A stretch of DNA of 64,000 bases. Origin: Vicinamibacterales bacterium. GTDB taxonomy: Bacteria; Acidobacteriota; Vicinamibacteria; Vicinamibacterales; JAMQPK01. Each line of letters opens with the position of its first letter. The stretch's first letter is position 1. Shown here in pieces: positions 37,725 through 46,580 of this stretch. The stretch is taken from assembly GCA_963821395.1 (NCBI GenBank), contig CAWGDY010000013.1, positions 68,113-132,112 of the forward strand, in the 5' to 3' direction. The notes beneath the pieces were generated by a model, which saw nothing but the letters and a program-made list of their open reading frames with translations, ran no database searches and was not told where the DNA came from. The translations under genes and the position numbers were made by a program.

Positions 37725-39306
37725 CCGTCCACTTCGCGCCCAGATACTCGCCCATGTCGAGATCCCCCGACATCTCACTCCCTGAAACCTTCCCCGTGAA
37801 CGTGAACGACAGCGCGTCTCCGGTCTGACCGCCGTAGTTGCTGCGAAGGCTGACGTCGCTTCCGTTGATCGTCCCGCTCAGATCGCGGGCCACGAAGTCG
37901 CCCTGATGCGTGCCGTCAACCTCGTTACCCTTCTGCCTCAGGTGCAACGTGTGCGTGGACGAACCGGCTGCGTACTCGATGCGGACGTCCCAGCGGCCGG
38001 TCAAATCGGCTGCCGGCGCTCGCGTCTCGGCGGCGGGCTCGCGAAGCGTCCGCGACGTCAGGACGGCATGAAGCCGATCGGCGATGACGGTTTCATCACC
38101 CGGCGACATCATGTACGGCGTCACGTTGACGCCCGTCTCGACGGGCGGGCCCGGCCGGCGTCCCGGCGTGAGATAGATTCTCGGCTCCGTTTCGAAGAGC
38201 GCACGCGCGACGGTCTCACCGGAAAACCCGAAGCGCTGAGGATCCCACCAGATGCGCAGCGAAGGCGTGCGATTGGACAGCCCGGAGGGTTCGGTCACAT
38301 TGGTCGTCACGCCGGAAACCGCCGACACGCGGCGCGAGATGTGATCGAGCCACGACGTCCAGCTCTTCCACTCGGCATCATGATCGCGCTTGACCCACGC
38401 CTCGACGGCCGCCAGCATCCCCATGGCTTCTTCCTTCCCGACTTTCAGCGCGCGGCCGGGCCCATGATGCGGCGCGCTGTGCACCCACGCCGCACGCACC
38501 AGATCCTTTCGGCCGAGCAGCAGCCCTGCGGTCTGCGGTCCACGCAGGCATTTGCCTCCGCTATAGGTAACCAGCGTGGCGCCGTTCTGCAGGTGGACGT
38601 TCGGGATCGTGAGAATCTCGGCGGCGGCGTCCACGAGAATCGGCACACCCCTCGGATTGGCCACCTGCGCAATCGCCTTCGTGTGGAGCACGCTCTGGTC
38701 TGCGCTCGTGCCGGCCAGCACGTAGATCATCGCGGTGCGCGGACCGAGCGCGGCCTGCAGCTCGTCGACCGAGCTCACTTCGATGATGCGCGTCCCGACC
38801 GCGCGGACGGCCGCGTCGTACACATTGCGCGAGTGCTTCGGGATGATGACCTCGTCTTTGGCGAAGCCGCTGAGGTTCGGGAGGCGGACCTGCAGATCGG
38901 GATTGCCGCCGGTCAAACACGCGGCGGTCGCGTGCGTGATCGCCGCGGAACAGCCCGCCGTCACAAGACCCCATTCGGCGCCGGTCAACGTGGCCAGGCG
39001 AGCGCCGACCGACTCGGCGAGCTCATCGAGGTGCACGTAGTGGCGCGACGCGGCGTCCATCGCGGCGCGGACTTCGGGCAGCATCAGCGAGCCGCTGATG
39101 ATGGTGAACGTACCGCGTGCGTTGATGACAGGCTTGACGCCGATCGATCGGTACACATCGGCGCCCGTGCGCGCCGTGTTCTGTGCAGCCTCGACCGGCG
39201 CCACGACCAGTGGCGTCTCGATTCCGGCGAGCGTCGACAGGCTCAACACCGCCGCGACGTCGCGTCCTCCGCGCAGCAGATCGCGGCGGCTGAAAGGAGC
39301 AGACAT
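37711..39306 (-). CDS. SelA/DgaE-like PLP-dependent enzyme with Tat signal and an extra C-terminal beta-rich domain
   Basis: MSAPFSRRDLLRGGRDVAAVLSLSTLAG is a Tat signal. INARGTFTIISGSLMLPEVRAAM...TAGCSAAI...LVTYSGGKCLRGPQTAGLLLGRKDL carries the Lys of the SGxK PLP site, as in the L-seryl-tRNA(Sec) selenium transferase / D-glucosaminate-6-P ammonia-lyase fold. The last roughly 130 aa form a separate domain. Confidence 0.7.
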   Translation of the reverse strand: MSAPFSRRDLLRGGRDVAAVLSLSTLAGIETPLVVAPVEAAQNTARTGADVYRSIGVKPVINARGTFTIISGSLMLPEVRAAMDAASRHYVHLDELAESVGARLATLTGAEWGLVTAGCSAAITHATAACLTGGNPDLQVRLPNLSGFAKDEVIIPKHSRNVYDAAVRAVGTRIIEVSSVDELQAALGPRTAMIYVLAGTSADQSVLHTKAIAQVANPRGVPILVDAAAEILTIPNVHLQNGATLVTYSGGKCLRGPQTAGLLLGRKDLVRAAWVHSAPHHGPGRALKVGKEEAMGMLAAVEAWVKRDHDAEWKSWTSWLDHISRRVSAVSGVTTNVTEPSGLSNRTPSLRIWWDPQRFGFSGETVARALFETEPRIYLTPGRRPGPPVETGVNVTPYMMSPGDETVIADRLHAVLTSRTLREPAAETRAPAADLTGRWDVRIEYAAGSSTHTLHLRQKGNEVDGTHQGDFVARDLSGTINGSDVSLRSNYGGQTGDALSFTFTGKVSGSEMSGDLDMGEYLGAKWTARRR

Positions 39307-39352
39307 GAATGCCCTCCTTACGAAAAACAGGACGTGATCTCCTGTTATGAAC

Positions 39353-39739
39353 TTACGTACTGACGCTCGGCGGTGCGAACAGTCGCGCGCCTGCATCGGA
39401 CAACATGACCCACAGCCCGTACACGCCGAGGATCGTTCCGAAAGGAATGTTCATCAGATTGAGCGCCGACAGCACGATCGTCAGAATGCGCGCCCATGGC
39501 CGGAATTTGAGCAAGCCGACCCCCGCAACGATGCCGGGCAGTGAGAGGATCAAGATAAACATGCCGAGCGCCGCGCCTGTCAGGCCGAGGACAGGCAGCG
39601 CGAGCCATGCATCGGGATCGGAGGCAGCGCCCGCCGCCCCGATGACGCTGAGAAGTGCCATCAGACCAAGCCCGGTCAAGGTGCCGAGCGCGCCAAAGAC
39701 GATGTACAGGACCGCGAGGACCTTCACGTGGGTATCCAT
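39353..39739 (-). CDS. Integral membrane protein (4 predicted helices), hypothetical
   Basis: MDTHVKVLAVLYIVFGALGTLTGLGLMALLSVIGAAG...ILILSLPGIVAGVGLLKFRPWARILTIVLSALNLMNIPFGTILGVYGLWVM. Confidence 0.5.
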   Translation of the reverse strand: MDTHVKVLAVLYIVFGALGTLTGLGLMALLSVIGAAGAASDPDAWLALPVLGLTGAALGMFILILSLPGIVAGVGLLKFRPWARILTIVLSALNLMNIPFGTILGVYGLWVMLSDAGARLFAPPSVST

Positions 39740-39802
39740 CGTCCAGCCTCCCGTTCCGCTTTCGCGGCTATGATGGCAAAGGACTATACCCTAAGTGCCA
39801 GC

Positions 39803-41353
39803 ATGAATCGTGGCTATCGAGGACGCCGGGCATTTCTCGCGACGACGCTGAAAGCGGCGGGCGGGTTCGCATGGTCTCCCGCCTTCTTGCGGCAGGCGGC
39901 CGCAAGACCGGGCATTCCCTATGGCGTGTCCAGCGGCGACGTCACGCGCGATCGCGCCATCATCTGGAGCCGCACCGATCGTCCGGCGCGGATGCTGGTC
40001 GAGTGGTCGACGACCGAATCCTTTCAGAACGCGCATCGCGTCCGGGGCCCGGCCACCGGCGAGCCGTCGGGGTACACCGCGCGTGTCGATCTCGGCGGGT
40101 TGCCGCCCGATCAGCGCATCTTCTATCGCGTGCAGTTCGAAGATCTCGCCGAGCCGCGCGGTCTCAGTGTGCCTCACAGCGGCAGTTTTCTCTCCGCGCG
40201 GGCAACCGCTCGCGACGTCACGCTGGCATGGTCGGCAGACACCGTCGGTCAGGGCTGGGGTATCAACCCGGAATTCGGCGGCATGCGGATGTACGAAACG
40301 ATCCGCCGCGCGCAGCCCGACGTGTTCATTCACTGCGGCGACACGATCTACGCGGATTCGCCGGTCCCCGACCAGATTCCGCTCCCGGACGGAACCGTGT
40401 GGAAGAACCTGACGACGCCGGAGAAGTCGAAGGTCGCGGAGACGCTGGACGAGTTCCGCGGCAACTACGTGTACAACCTGCTCGACGACAACGTCCGCCG
40501 GTTCAACGCCGAGATCTCACAGGTGTGGCTGTGGGACGACCACGAGGTGAAGAACAACTGGTACCCGGGCATGAGCCTCGCCGACGACGATCGATACACC
40601 GAGAAGGACGTCCACGTGCTCGCGAGGAACGCGAGGCGCGCGTTCCTCGAGTACTCACCGATCCGACTCACGTCGGGCCCCATCCCGCCGATCTACCGCT
40701 CGATCCCGTACGGCCCGCTCGTCGACGTGTTCGCGCTCGACCTGCGCACGTACCGGGCACCGAACTCCGCCAACAACCAGCCCGTGCCTGGGGCCGGGAC
40801 CGTTCACGCGGGCGCGCACCAGATTGTCTGGCTCAAGCACGCGCTGCGTTCGTCGAGCGCGGTCTGGAAGGTCATTGCGTGCGATCTTCCGATCGGCCTC
40901 GTTGTTCGAGACGGTGACACGCGGTTCGAAGCCATCGCCAACGCCGATGCCGGCGGCCCGCTCGGCCGCGAGCACGAGATCGCCGACCTGCTTCGATTCA
41001 TGCGGCAGCAGCGGATTCCGAACGTCGTGTGGATCACCGGAGACGTCCACTATGCCTCCGCGCACCATTACGACCCCGAGCGCGCGCGATTCAAGGATTT
41101 CGATCCGTTCTGGGAATTCGTGGCGGGACCGCTGAACGCAGGCACGTTCGGCCCTAACGAACTCGACGGCACGTTCGGGCCGGAGCTCCGCTTCTCGGCG
41201 GTGCCGGCCGGCAGCCGGCCGAACCGCCCGCCCAGCGACGGCCTGCAGTTCTTCGGCCTCCTCAGAATTTCAGGGAAGTCGCGCGTGATGACAGTGGAGT
41301 TGAGGAATCTTGCGGGCGAGCTGATTTATACGATTGATCTCGATCCCCGGTAG
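39803..41353 (+). CDS. phoD: Alkaline phosphatase D (PhoD) with Tat signal
   Basis: MNRGYRGRRAFLATTLKAAGG is a Tat signal. GVSSGDVTRDRAIIWSR, FIHCGDTIYAD, WDDHEVKNNW and VVWITGDVHY are PhoD metallophosphatase motifs. Confidence 0.9.
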   Translation: MNRGYRGRRAFLATTLKAAGGFAWSPAFLRQAAARPGIPYGVSSGDVTRDRAIIWSRTDRPARMLVEWSTTESFQNAHRVRGPATGEPSGYTARVDLGGLPPDQRIFYRVQFEDLAEPRGLSVPHSGSFLSARATARDVTLAWSADTVGQGWGINPEFGGMRMYETIRRAQPDVFIHCGDTIYADSPVPDQIPLPDGTVWKNLTTPEKSKVAETLDEFRGNYVYNLLDDNVRRFNAEISQVWLWDDHEVKNNWYPGMSLADDDRYTEKDVHVLARNARRAFLEYSPIRLTSGPIPPIYRSIPYGPLVDVFALDLRTYRAPNSANNQPVPGAGTVHAGAHQIVWLKHALRSSSAVWKVIACDLPIGLVVRDGDTRFEAIANADAGGPLGREHEIADLLRFMRQQRIPNVVWITGDVHYASAHHYDPERARFKDFDPFWEFVAGPLNAGTFGPNELDGTFGPELRFSAVPAGSRPNRPPSDGLQFFGLLRISGKSRVMTVELRNLAGELIYTIDLDPR

Positions 41354-41364
41354 CGGAAAAGAAC

Positions 41365-41431
41365 GACGCAGAGCCGCCGAGGCGCAGAGTTTTTGGACAT
41401 TCTTTACTCTGCGACTTTGCGTCTCTGCGTC
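41365..41431. repeat. Repeat-armed hairpin G (unit GCGCAGAG / CTCTGCG) between convergent phoD and glnN
   Basis: GACGCAGAG CCGCCGAG GCGCAGAG-tttttggacattcttta-CTCTGCG ACTTTGCGT CTCTGCGTC. Outer and inner arms are complementary, so this is a likely bidirectional terminator. Confidence 0.75.
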
Positions 41432-41439
41432 GAACACAC

Positions 41440-43611
41440 CTACTTGATGAACAACATCTCGCGATAGGTCGCCAGCGGCCACATCGAGTGCGGCACCAAC
41501 GATTCGAGCTCATCGCCGGCCTCGCGCACCGCGGCCATCGCCGGAATCACGGTGTCGCGGTAGTGCTTGGCGTGTTTCTCGGCCAATCCGTCCCCCTCGT
41601 GCGCCAGGGTTTTCTCGAGCTTGTCGGTGCCGGCCTTCAGCTTGTCGGCCAGCTTCGTTACCTTGTCGAGCAGTTTCTTCCCCTCGACCGACTTGCCGCC
41701 GGCCTGCTTGACGGCGAACACGCTCTGCGCCACCTGCTTCTGGTATTCGAGCGCCGCCGGCAGCACGTACCGGTTGGCCATCAACACCATCAACTGCCCT
41801 TCGACGTTCACGGTCTTGTTGTAGGTCTCGACCATGATGTCGTAGCGCGCGTGCAGCTCGCGCTCGTTGAGGACCTTGTACTTCTCGAACGCCGCCACGA
41901 CCTCTTTCGCGGTGAGCTGGGGCAGCGCATCCACCGTGTTCTTCAGGTTCAGCAGCCCGCGCTTGCCCGCTTCCTTCTCCCACTCTTTCGAGTAGTTGTT
42001 GCCGTTGAAGATGATGCGCTTGTTTTCCTTGATGATCTTCGGCAGCAGCTCGCCCGCGGCCAGCTCGACCGACTTGCCGCCCTTGGTCAGCTTCTCGAGC
42101 TCGGTCGCGATGTAGTCGAGCGATTCGGTCACCGCCACGTTGAGCGCGATGTTCGGGTAGGCGATGCTCTGGCCCGACGAGACGGCACGGAACTCGAACT
42201 TGTTGCCCGTGAACGCGAACGGGCTCGTGCGATTGCGATCGCCTGAGTCGCGCGGCAGCTTCGGCAGCACCATCACGCCGGTGTCGAGCTCGCCACCGCT
42301 CTTCGAGCTCTTCGCCCCGCCCTTTTCGATCTGCTCGAAGATGTCGGTGAGCATGTCGCCGAGGAACACCGAGATGATCGCCGGCGGCGCTTCGTTCGCG
42401 CCCAGCCGGTGGTCGTTGCCCGCGCTGGCGATGCTCGCCCGCAGCAGACCCTGCCACTTGTTCACCGCGCGCAACACCGCCGTGCAGAACACCAGGAACT
42501 GGACGTTGTCGTGCGGGCTCTTGCCCGGGCCCAGGAGGTTGTTGCCCAGGTTGTCGCTCATCGACCAGTTGAGGTGCTTGCCCGATCCGTTGACGCCGGC
42601 AAACGGCTTCTCGTGCAGCAGGCACGCCAGGCCGAACTTCGGCGCCATCCGCTTCATCGTTTCCATCGTCATCATTTGATGATCGGTGGCCAGGTTGGCG
42701 TTCTCGAAGATCGGCGCGATCTCGTACTGGCTCGGCGCGACCTCGTTGTGCCGGGTCTTCACCGGCACGCCCACCTTGTACAGCTCGGTCTCGACCTCCG
42801 ACATGAAGTCCATCGCCCGCTCGGCGATCGAGCCGAAGTACTGATCTTCGAGCTCCTGTCCCTTGGGCGGCTTTGCGCCGAACAACGTGCGGCCGGCGTT
42901 AATCAGGTCGGGACGCGAAAGATAGAAGTTGAGATCGATGAGGAAGTACTCCTGCTCGGGACCGCACGTCGTCACGACGCGATTGGCCTTCGAGCCGAAG
43001 AGCTTCAGCACGCGCACGGCCTGTTTCGAAAGCGCTTCCATCGAGCGCAGCAGCGGCGTCTTCTTGTCGAGCGCCTCTCCCGTCCAGCTGACGAACGCCG
43101 TCGGGATGACGAGGGTGGTCGCCGATCCGCTCTTCAGCAGCCAGGGCGGGCTGGTCGGGTCCCATGCGGTGTAGCCGCGCGCCTCGAAGGTAGAGCGCAT
43201 GCCGCCCGACGGAAAGCTCGACGCATCGGGCTCGCCCTTGACGAGCTCTTTACCCGAGAACTCGTACACCGCTTTGCCGTCGGTCACGGGCGCGAGAAAC
43301 GAGTCGTGCTTCTCGGCGGTGATGCCGGTGAGCGGCTGGAACCAGTGCGTGTAGTGCGTCGCGCCGTGCTCGGTGGCCCAGTCCTTCAACGCGGCGGCCA
43401 CCGCGTCGGCCACCGACGCATCAAGAGCCTCCCCGTGCGTCACCGTGCGTCGCAGCGCGTCGTAAACGGGCTTCGGCAGCCGCTTCTGCTGCTCGGCGTC
43501 GTTGAACACGAGACTGCCGAACGTACCTTTGCCGTTCGGCATTTCCTTCCGTTTCGTCTCAGACCAGTCGCGTATGGCGCTGATCGCTTCACCCAATACC
43601 GCTGAGCCCAT
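41440..43611 (-). CDS. glnN: Glutamine synthetase type III
   Basis: Intact 723 aa [61 protein letters not shown] and GSGKHLNWS are characteristic of GSIII. A GAAGGAGGA SD lies upstream. Confidence 0.92.
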   Translation of the reverse strand: MGSAVLGEAISAIRDWSETKRKEMPNGKGTFGSLVFNDAEQQKRLPKPVYDALRRTVTHGEALDASVADAVAAALKDWATEHGATHYTHWFQPLTGITAEKHDSFLAPVTDGKAVYEFSGKELVKGEPDASSFPSGGMRSTFEARGYTAWDPTSPPWLLKSGSATTLVIPTAFVSWTGEALDKKTPLLRSMEALSKQAVRVLKLFGSKANRVVTTCGPEQEYFLIDLNFYLSRPDLINAGRTLFGAKPPKGQELEDQYFGSIAERAMDFMSEVETELYKVGVPVKTRHNEVAPSQYEIAPIFENANLATDHQMMTMETMKRMAPKFGLACLLHEKPFAGVNGSGKHLNWSMSDNLGNNLLGPGKSPHDNVQFLVFCTAVLRAVNKWQGLLRASIASAGNDHRLGANEAPPAIISVFLGDMLTDIFEQIEKGGAKSSKSGGELDTGVMVLPKLPRDSGDRNRTSPFAFTGNKFEFRAVSSGQSIAYPNIALNVAVTESLDYIATELEKLTKGGKSVELAAGELLPKIIKENKRIIFNGNNYSKEWEKEAGKRGLLNLKNTVDALPQLTAKEVVAAFEKYKVLNERELHARYDIMVETYNKTVNVEGQLMVLMANRYVLPAALEYQKQVAQSVFAVKQAGGKSVEGKKLLDKVTKLADKLKAGTDKLEKTLAHEGDGLAEKHAKHYRDTVIPAMAAVREAGDELESLVPHSMWPLATYREMLFIK

Positions 43612-44112
43612 GCTGTCGTCCTCCTTCGTCGCGGGGCCGCCGGCCGCCGCTTCCTGCCGCTTTGTATGATGACGTCGTCGTCGTTCGTGTGTCCTTCGAA
43701 CGCAGGTGGCCGTGCATTCTAGCAGCCGGCGAGACTTCCTGAATCACAATTGCGGGGAAGGACACGATTTCCAATTGACATACTTATCAAGATCAGCGCC
43801 AACCAACGCTCACCACGTCCCGACCACCCAATCTCGACGTTTTTGTTAAGAATTCCCGCCGCCGATGGCGCTTGACCGGGCGGCGCGCTCGCATGTCCGA
43901 GGCGACGACAGCGTAGGTCTTAAGGGAAATGAGCGACATTCGTGTCGCTTCCTCATTTCCCGTAAACGATGGAGAACTCGCGTCGTGCGAAAGGTTGCGA
44001 CGCATGGCGGATTTTGTGGAGAGTGAGCGTCCGGACCCACAAACTTGTTGGGTTGACGAGATTTGGTCACAAGCTTGTCTGCCGAGCTCCATCCTGCACT
44101 TTGGACCCGCCG

Positions 44113-45189
44113 TCAGAACCCGCCTCGCTCCTTGTTCCTGTAGATCTCTTTGGCCGCCTGATGGAGTTTCTTCCAGCGCTTTTTCTCGGCGGCTGCCGCG
44201 GCCTTGTCGCGCTTGCGCTCTTCGAAGGCGACCTCACGTCCGAGGTGGCGGTAGTGCTCGAGACGCTCGGGGTCGAGATCGCCGCGCGCGACGGCTGCCA
44301 TCACCTCGCATCCCGGTTCGGTCTGGTGCGCGCAGTCGCCGAAACGGCACCCGGCCGCCAGCGCGGCGATGTCCTCGAAGGTTTCCCCGACCGCCGACTC
44401 GTCCACCCACGGCTGCAGCTCGCGCATGCCCGGCGTGTCGATGAGAAGCGCCCCGCCCGGCAGCTCCACCAGGTGGCGCGCCGTCGTGGTGTGACGCCCC
44501 CTCCCGTCGGCTTCGCGGATACTCGCTGTCTTCAGGCGATCCTCCCCGAGCAGCCGGTTGACGAGCGTGGACTTGCCGACACCGGAGGAGCCGATCAGGG
44601 CAACCGTCTGGCCTGGTGTGAGATACGCGGTCAGCGCGTCGAGACCGTCGCCCTGCCTGGCGCTGACGGCCAGCACATCGACAAACGGCAGGCGGCGGGA
44701 AATGTCTGCAGCGTCGGAGACCGGGTCGGCGCTCAAGTCGGTCTTGTTGAGCACGACGACCGGCACCGCCCCGGCGTCGCGCACCACGGTGAGATAGCGC
44801 TCGATGCGCCGGGGATTGAGATCCTCGGCCAGCGCCGTGACCAGGAAGATGGTGTCGACGTTGGCGGCCACCACCTGCTCTTCGACCGCACGACCGGCGG
44901 CTTTCCTGGAGATGGTGCTGCGGCGGTCGAGACGACGAATGATGATGGCGCGCTCGGTCGCCGCCGGGGCCGTCAGGCAGACCCAGTCGCCCACCGCGGG
45001 AAAGTCTGCCGTCATCCGGGTGTCGTGACGGAATCGGCCGCTCACCTCGGCCCATCCGTCGAAGTCACCGGCGACCCGATAGGCGCCTCGCTGTTCTTCC
45101 ACCACGCGGGCGACAGAGGGTCTCGTCGACTCTTCCGCGAGCTGCTGCGCGAAGAAATCACTCCACCCCATGCGCTCGAGCGGAAGCAT
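44113..45189 (-). CDS. rsgA: Ribosome small-subunit-dependent GTPase A with a basic C-terminal tail
   Basis: VVLNKTDL, GQTVALIGSSGVGKSTLVNRLLG, GRHTTT, DTPGMRE, and the zinc site CRFGDCAH..EPGC. The tail is KRDKAAAAAEKKRWKKLHQAAKEIYRNKERGGF. Confidence 0.9.
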   Translation of the reverse strand: MLPLERMGWSDFFAQQLAEESTRPSVARVVEEQRGAYRVAGDFDGWAEVSGRFRHDTRMTADFPAVGDWVCLTAPAATERAIIIRRLDRRSTISRKAAGRAVEEQVVAANVDTIFLVTALAEDLNPRRIERYLTVVRDAGAVPVVVLNKTDLSADPVSDAADISRRLPFVDVLAVSARQGDGLDALTAYLTPGQTVALIGSSGVGKSTLVNRLLGEDRLKTASIREADGRGRHTTTARHLVELPGGALLIDTPGMRELQPWVDESAVGETFEDIAALAAGCRFGDCAHQTEPGCEVMAAVARGDLDPERLEHYRHLGREVAFEERKRDKAAAAAEKKRWKKLHQAAKEIYRNKERGGF

Positions 45190-45226
45190 GCCGGAATCCT
45201 AGCACTCTCGTGAATAATCGTTGATT

Positions 45227-46216
45227 ATGCGCATCGCCTTCTTCAGCACGCACCGCTTCGATCGGCAGTTCTTCGATGCCGCCAATCGAGTGACACACCA
45301 TGACATCGACTACCTGGAGCCGCGGCTCGTGTCGGCAACGGCGTCGCTGGCCGCCGGGGCGCCGGCCGTGTGCGCGTTCGTGAACGACACGCTCGACGAA
45401 GTCACGCTGCGGCACCTGGCGTCCGGCGGAACGAAGATGATTGCGCTGCGATCGGCCGGCTTCAACAACGTCGATCTCGCCGCGGCGCGGACGCTCGGCC
45501 TGACCGTGGCCCGCGTGCCGGCGTACTCACCACATTCGGTGGCCGAACACGCCGTGGCGCTCATCCTCACGTTGAACCGGAAAATCCACCGGGCCTACAT
45601 ACGTGTCCGCGACGGAAATTTCTCCCTCGATGGATTGCTGGGATTCGACATGCACACGCGGACCGCCGGCGTGGTCGGAACCGGCAAGATCGGCGCGATC
45701 GTCGCGAAGATTTTGAGCGGGTTCGGCTGCCGGATTCTCGCGTACGACGTCGCGCAGAATCCCGAGTGTGTCGCGCTTGGCGCACGATACGTCACGCTCG
45801 ACGAGCTGTGGGCGCAGTCCGACATCGTCACGCTGCATGCGCCGCTGACGTCGACGACGAGGCACATGATCGATGCGGCGGCGATTGCGAAGATGAAACC
45901 CGGCGTGATGATCATCAACACGAGCCGCGGAGCACTGGTCGACACCGCGGCCTTGATCGAAGGGCTGAAGAGCAGGCACGTCGGCTTTGTCGGGCTCGAT
46001 GTCTACGAGGAAGAAGAGCACCTCTTCTTCAAGGACCTGTCATCCCACGTCATTACAGACGACGTGTTCGCGCGCCTGCTGACCTTTCCAAACGTCCTGG
46101 TGACGGCACACCAGGCGTTCTTCACGAGCGAGGCGCTTACCGTGATCAGCGAGACCACCCTGCGGAACGTGACGGCCTTCGAGCGCGGCGAGCGGAGCGG
46201 CAACGAGCTGTTCTGA
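45227..46216 (+). CDS. ldhA: D-lactate dehydrogenase (2-hydroxyacid dehydrogenase family)
   Basis: MRIAFFSTHRFDRQFFD...RSAGFNNVDL...VARVPAYSPHSVAEHAVALILTLNRKIHRAY..R..NFSLDGLLGFD..TAGVVGTGKIG matches the LdhA pattern closely. Confidence 0.88.
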   Translation: MRIAFFSTHRFDRQFFDAANRVTHHDIDYLEPRLVSATASLAAGAPAVCAFVNDTLDEVTLRHLASGGTKMIALRSAGFNNVDLAAARTLGLTVARVPAYSPHSVAEHAVALILTLNRKIHRAYIRVRDGNFSLDGLLGFDMHTRTAGVVGTGKIGAIVAKILSGFGCRILAYDVAQNPECVALGARYVTLDELWAQSDIVTLHAPLTSTTRHMIDAAAIAKMKPGVMIINTSRGALVDTAALIEGLKSRHVGFVGLDVYEEEEHLFFKDLSSHVITDDVFARLLTFPNVLVTAHQAFFTSEALTVISETTLRNVTAFERGERSGNELF

Positions 46217-46237
46217 GCTGGCCTGTCAACGTATCAA

Positions 46238-46264
46238 GGCGGAACTGAAGTTCCGCCCTACATC
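46238..46264. repeat. REP-like hairpin + tail, copy R10
   Basis: GGCGGAAC-TGAA-GTTCCGCC-CTACATC, just after the ldhA stop. Confidence 0.65.
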
Positions 46265-46446
46265 AGATGGGCTAACCACTGGACGACCTCGAACGCCGCG
46301 GTCAACACGAGCCCGGCGGCCATCACAAGAATCGCGAGCGCAAACATGGCGGCGATGGCGCCCCCCATGAACGCCACGATCGTGTTCATCAGCTTGAGGA
46401 GCGTCAGGTGATCCCGGTCATCGGCAACAGCCAGGTGCGCGTTCAT
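46258..46446 (-). CDS. Small membrane protein (hypothetical)
   Basis: 62 aa with two hydrophobic helices (IVAFMGGAIAAMFALAILVMAAGLVLTAAF). The 3' end overlaps REP-like hairpin R10. Confidence 0.35.
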   Translation of the reverse strand: MNAHLAVADDRDHLTLLKLMNTIVAFMGGAIAAMFALAILVMAAGLVLTAAFEVVQWLAHLM

Positions 46447-46580
46447 GTAAGTGCCTCCGCACCAGCATGAGCAAGGGGCGTACCCGCGGAATCTGCCCGA
46501 TTGCGCCTGATCGCGCGCACGTTCGGCCGGCCGGTGGGAATTTTTCCCCGAGGTGGTGAATTTTCGCGTAGCGTTCGGCG

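Noticed and set aside
41488-43605. ORFs 41510-42625 (-), 42409-43605 (+) and 41488-42246 (+) inside glnN
   Set aside because: They are alternative-frame or antisense shadows of the intact 723-aa GSIII gene. Their composition is dominated by R, G, A and H.
43741-43800. Sigma-54 (GG-N10-GC) or NtcA/TnrA-type nitrogen operator upstream of glnN
   Set aside because: TTGGAAATCGTGTCC lacks the -12 GC at the correct spacing. No GTA-N8-TAC or TGTNA-N7-TNACA site fits. Only the two CAATTG palindromes are noted, in the finding on this region.
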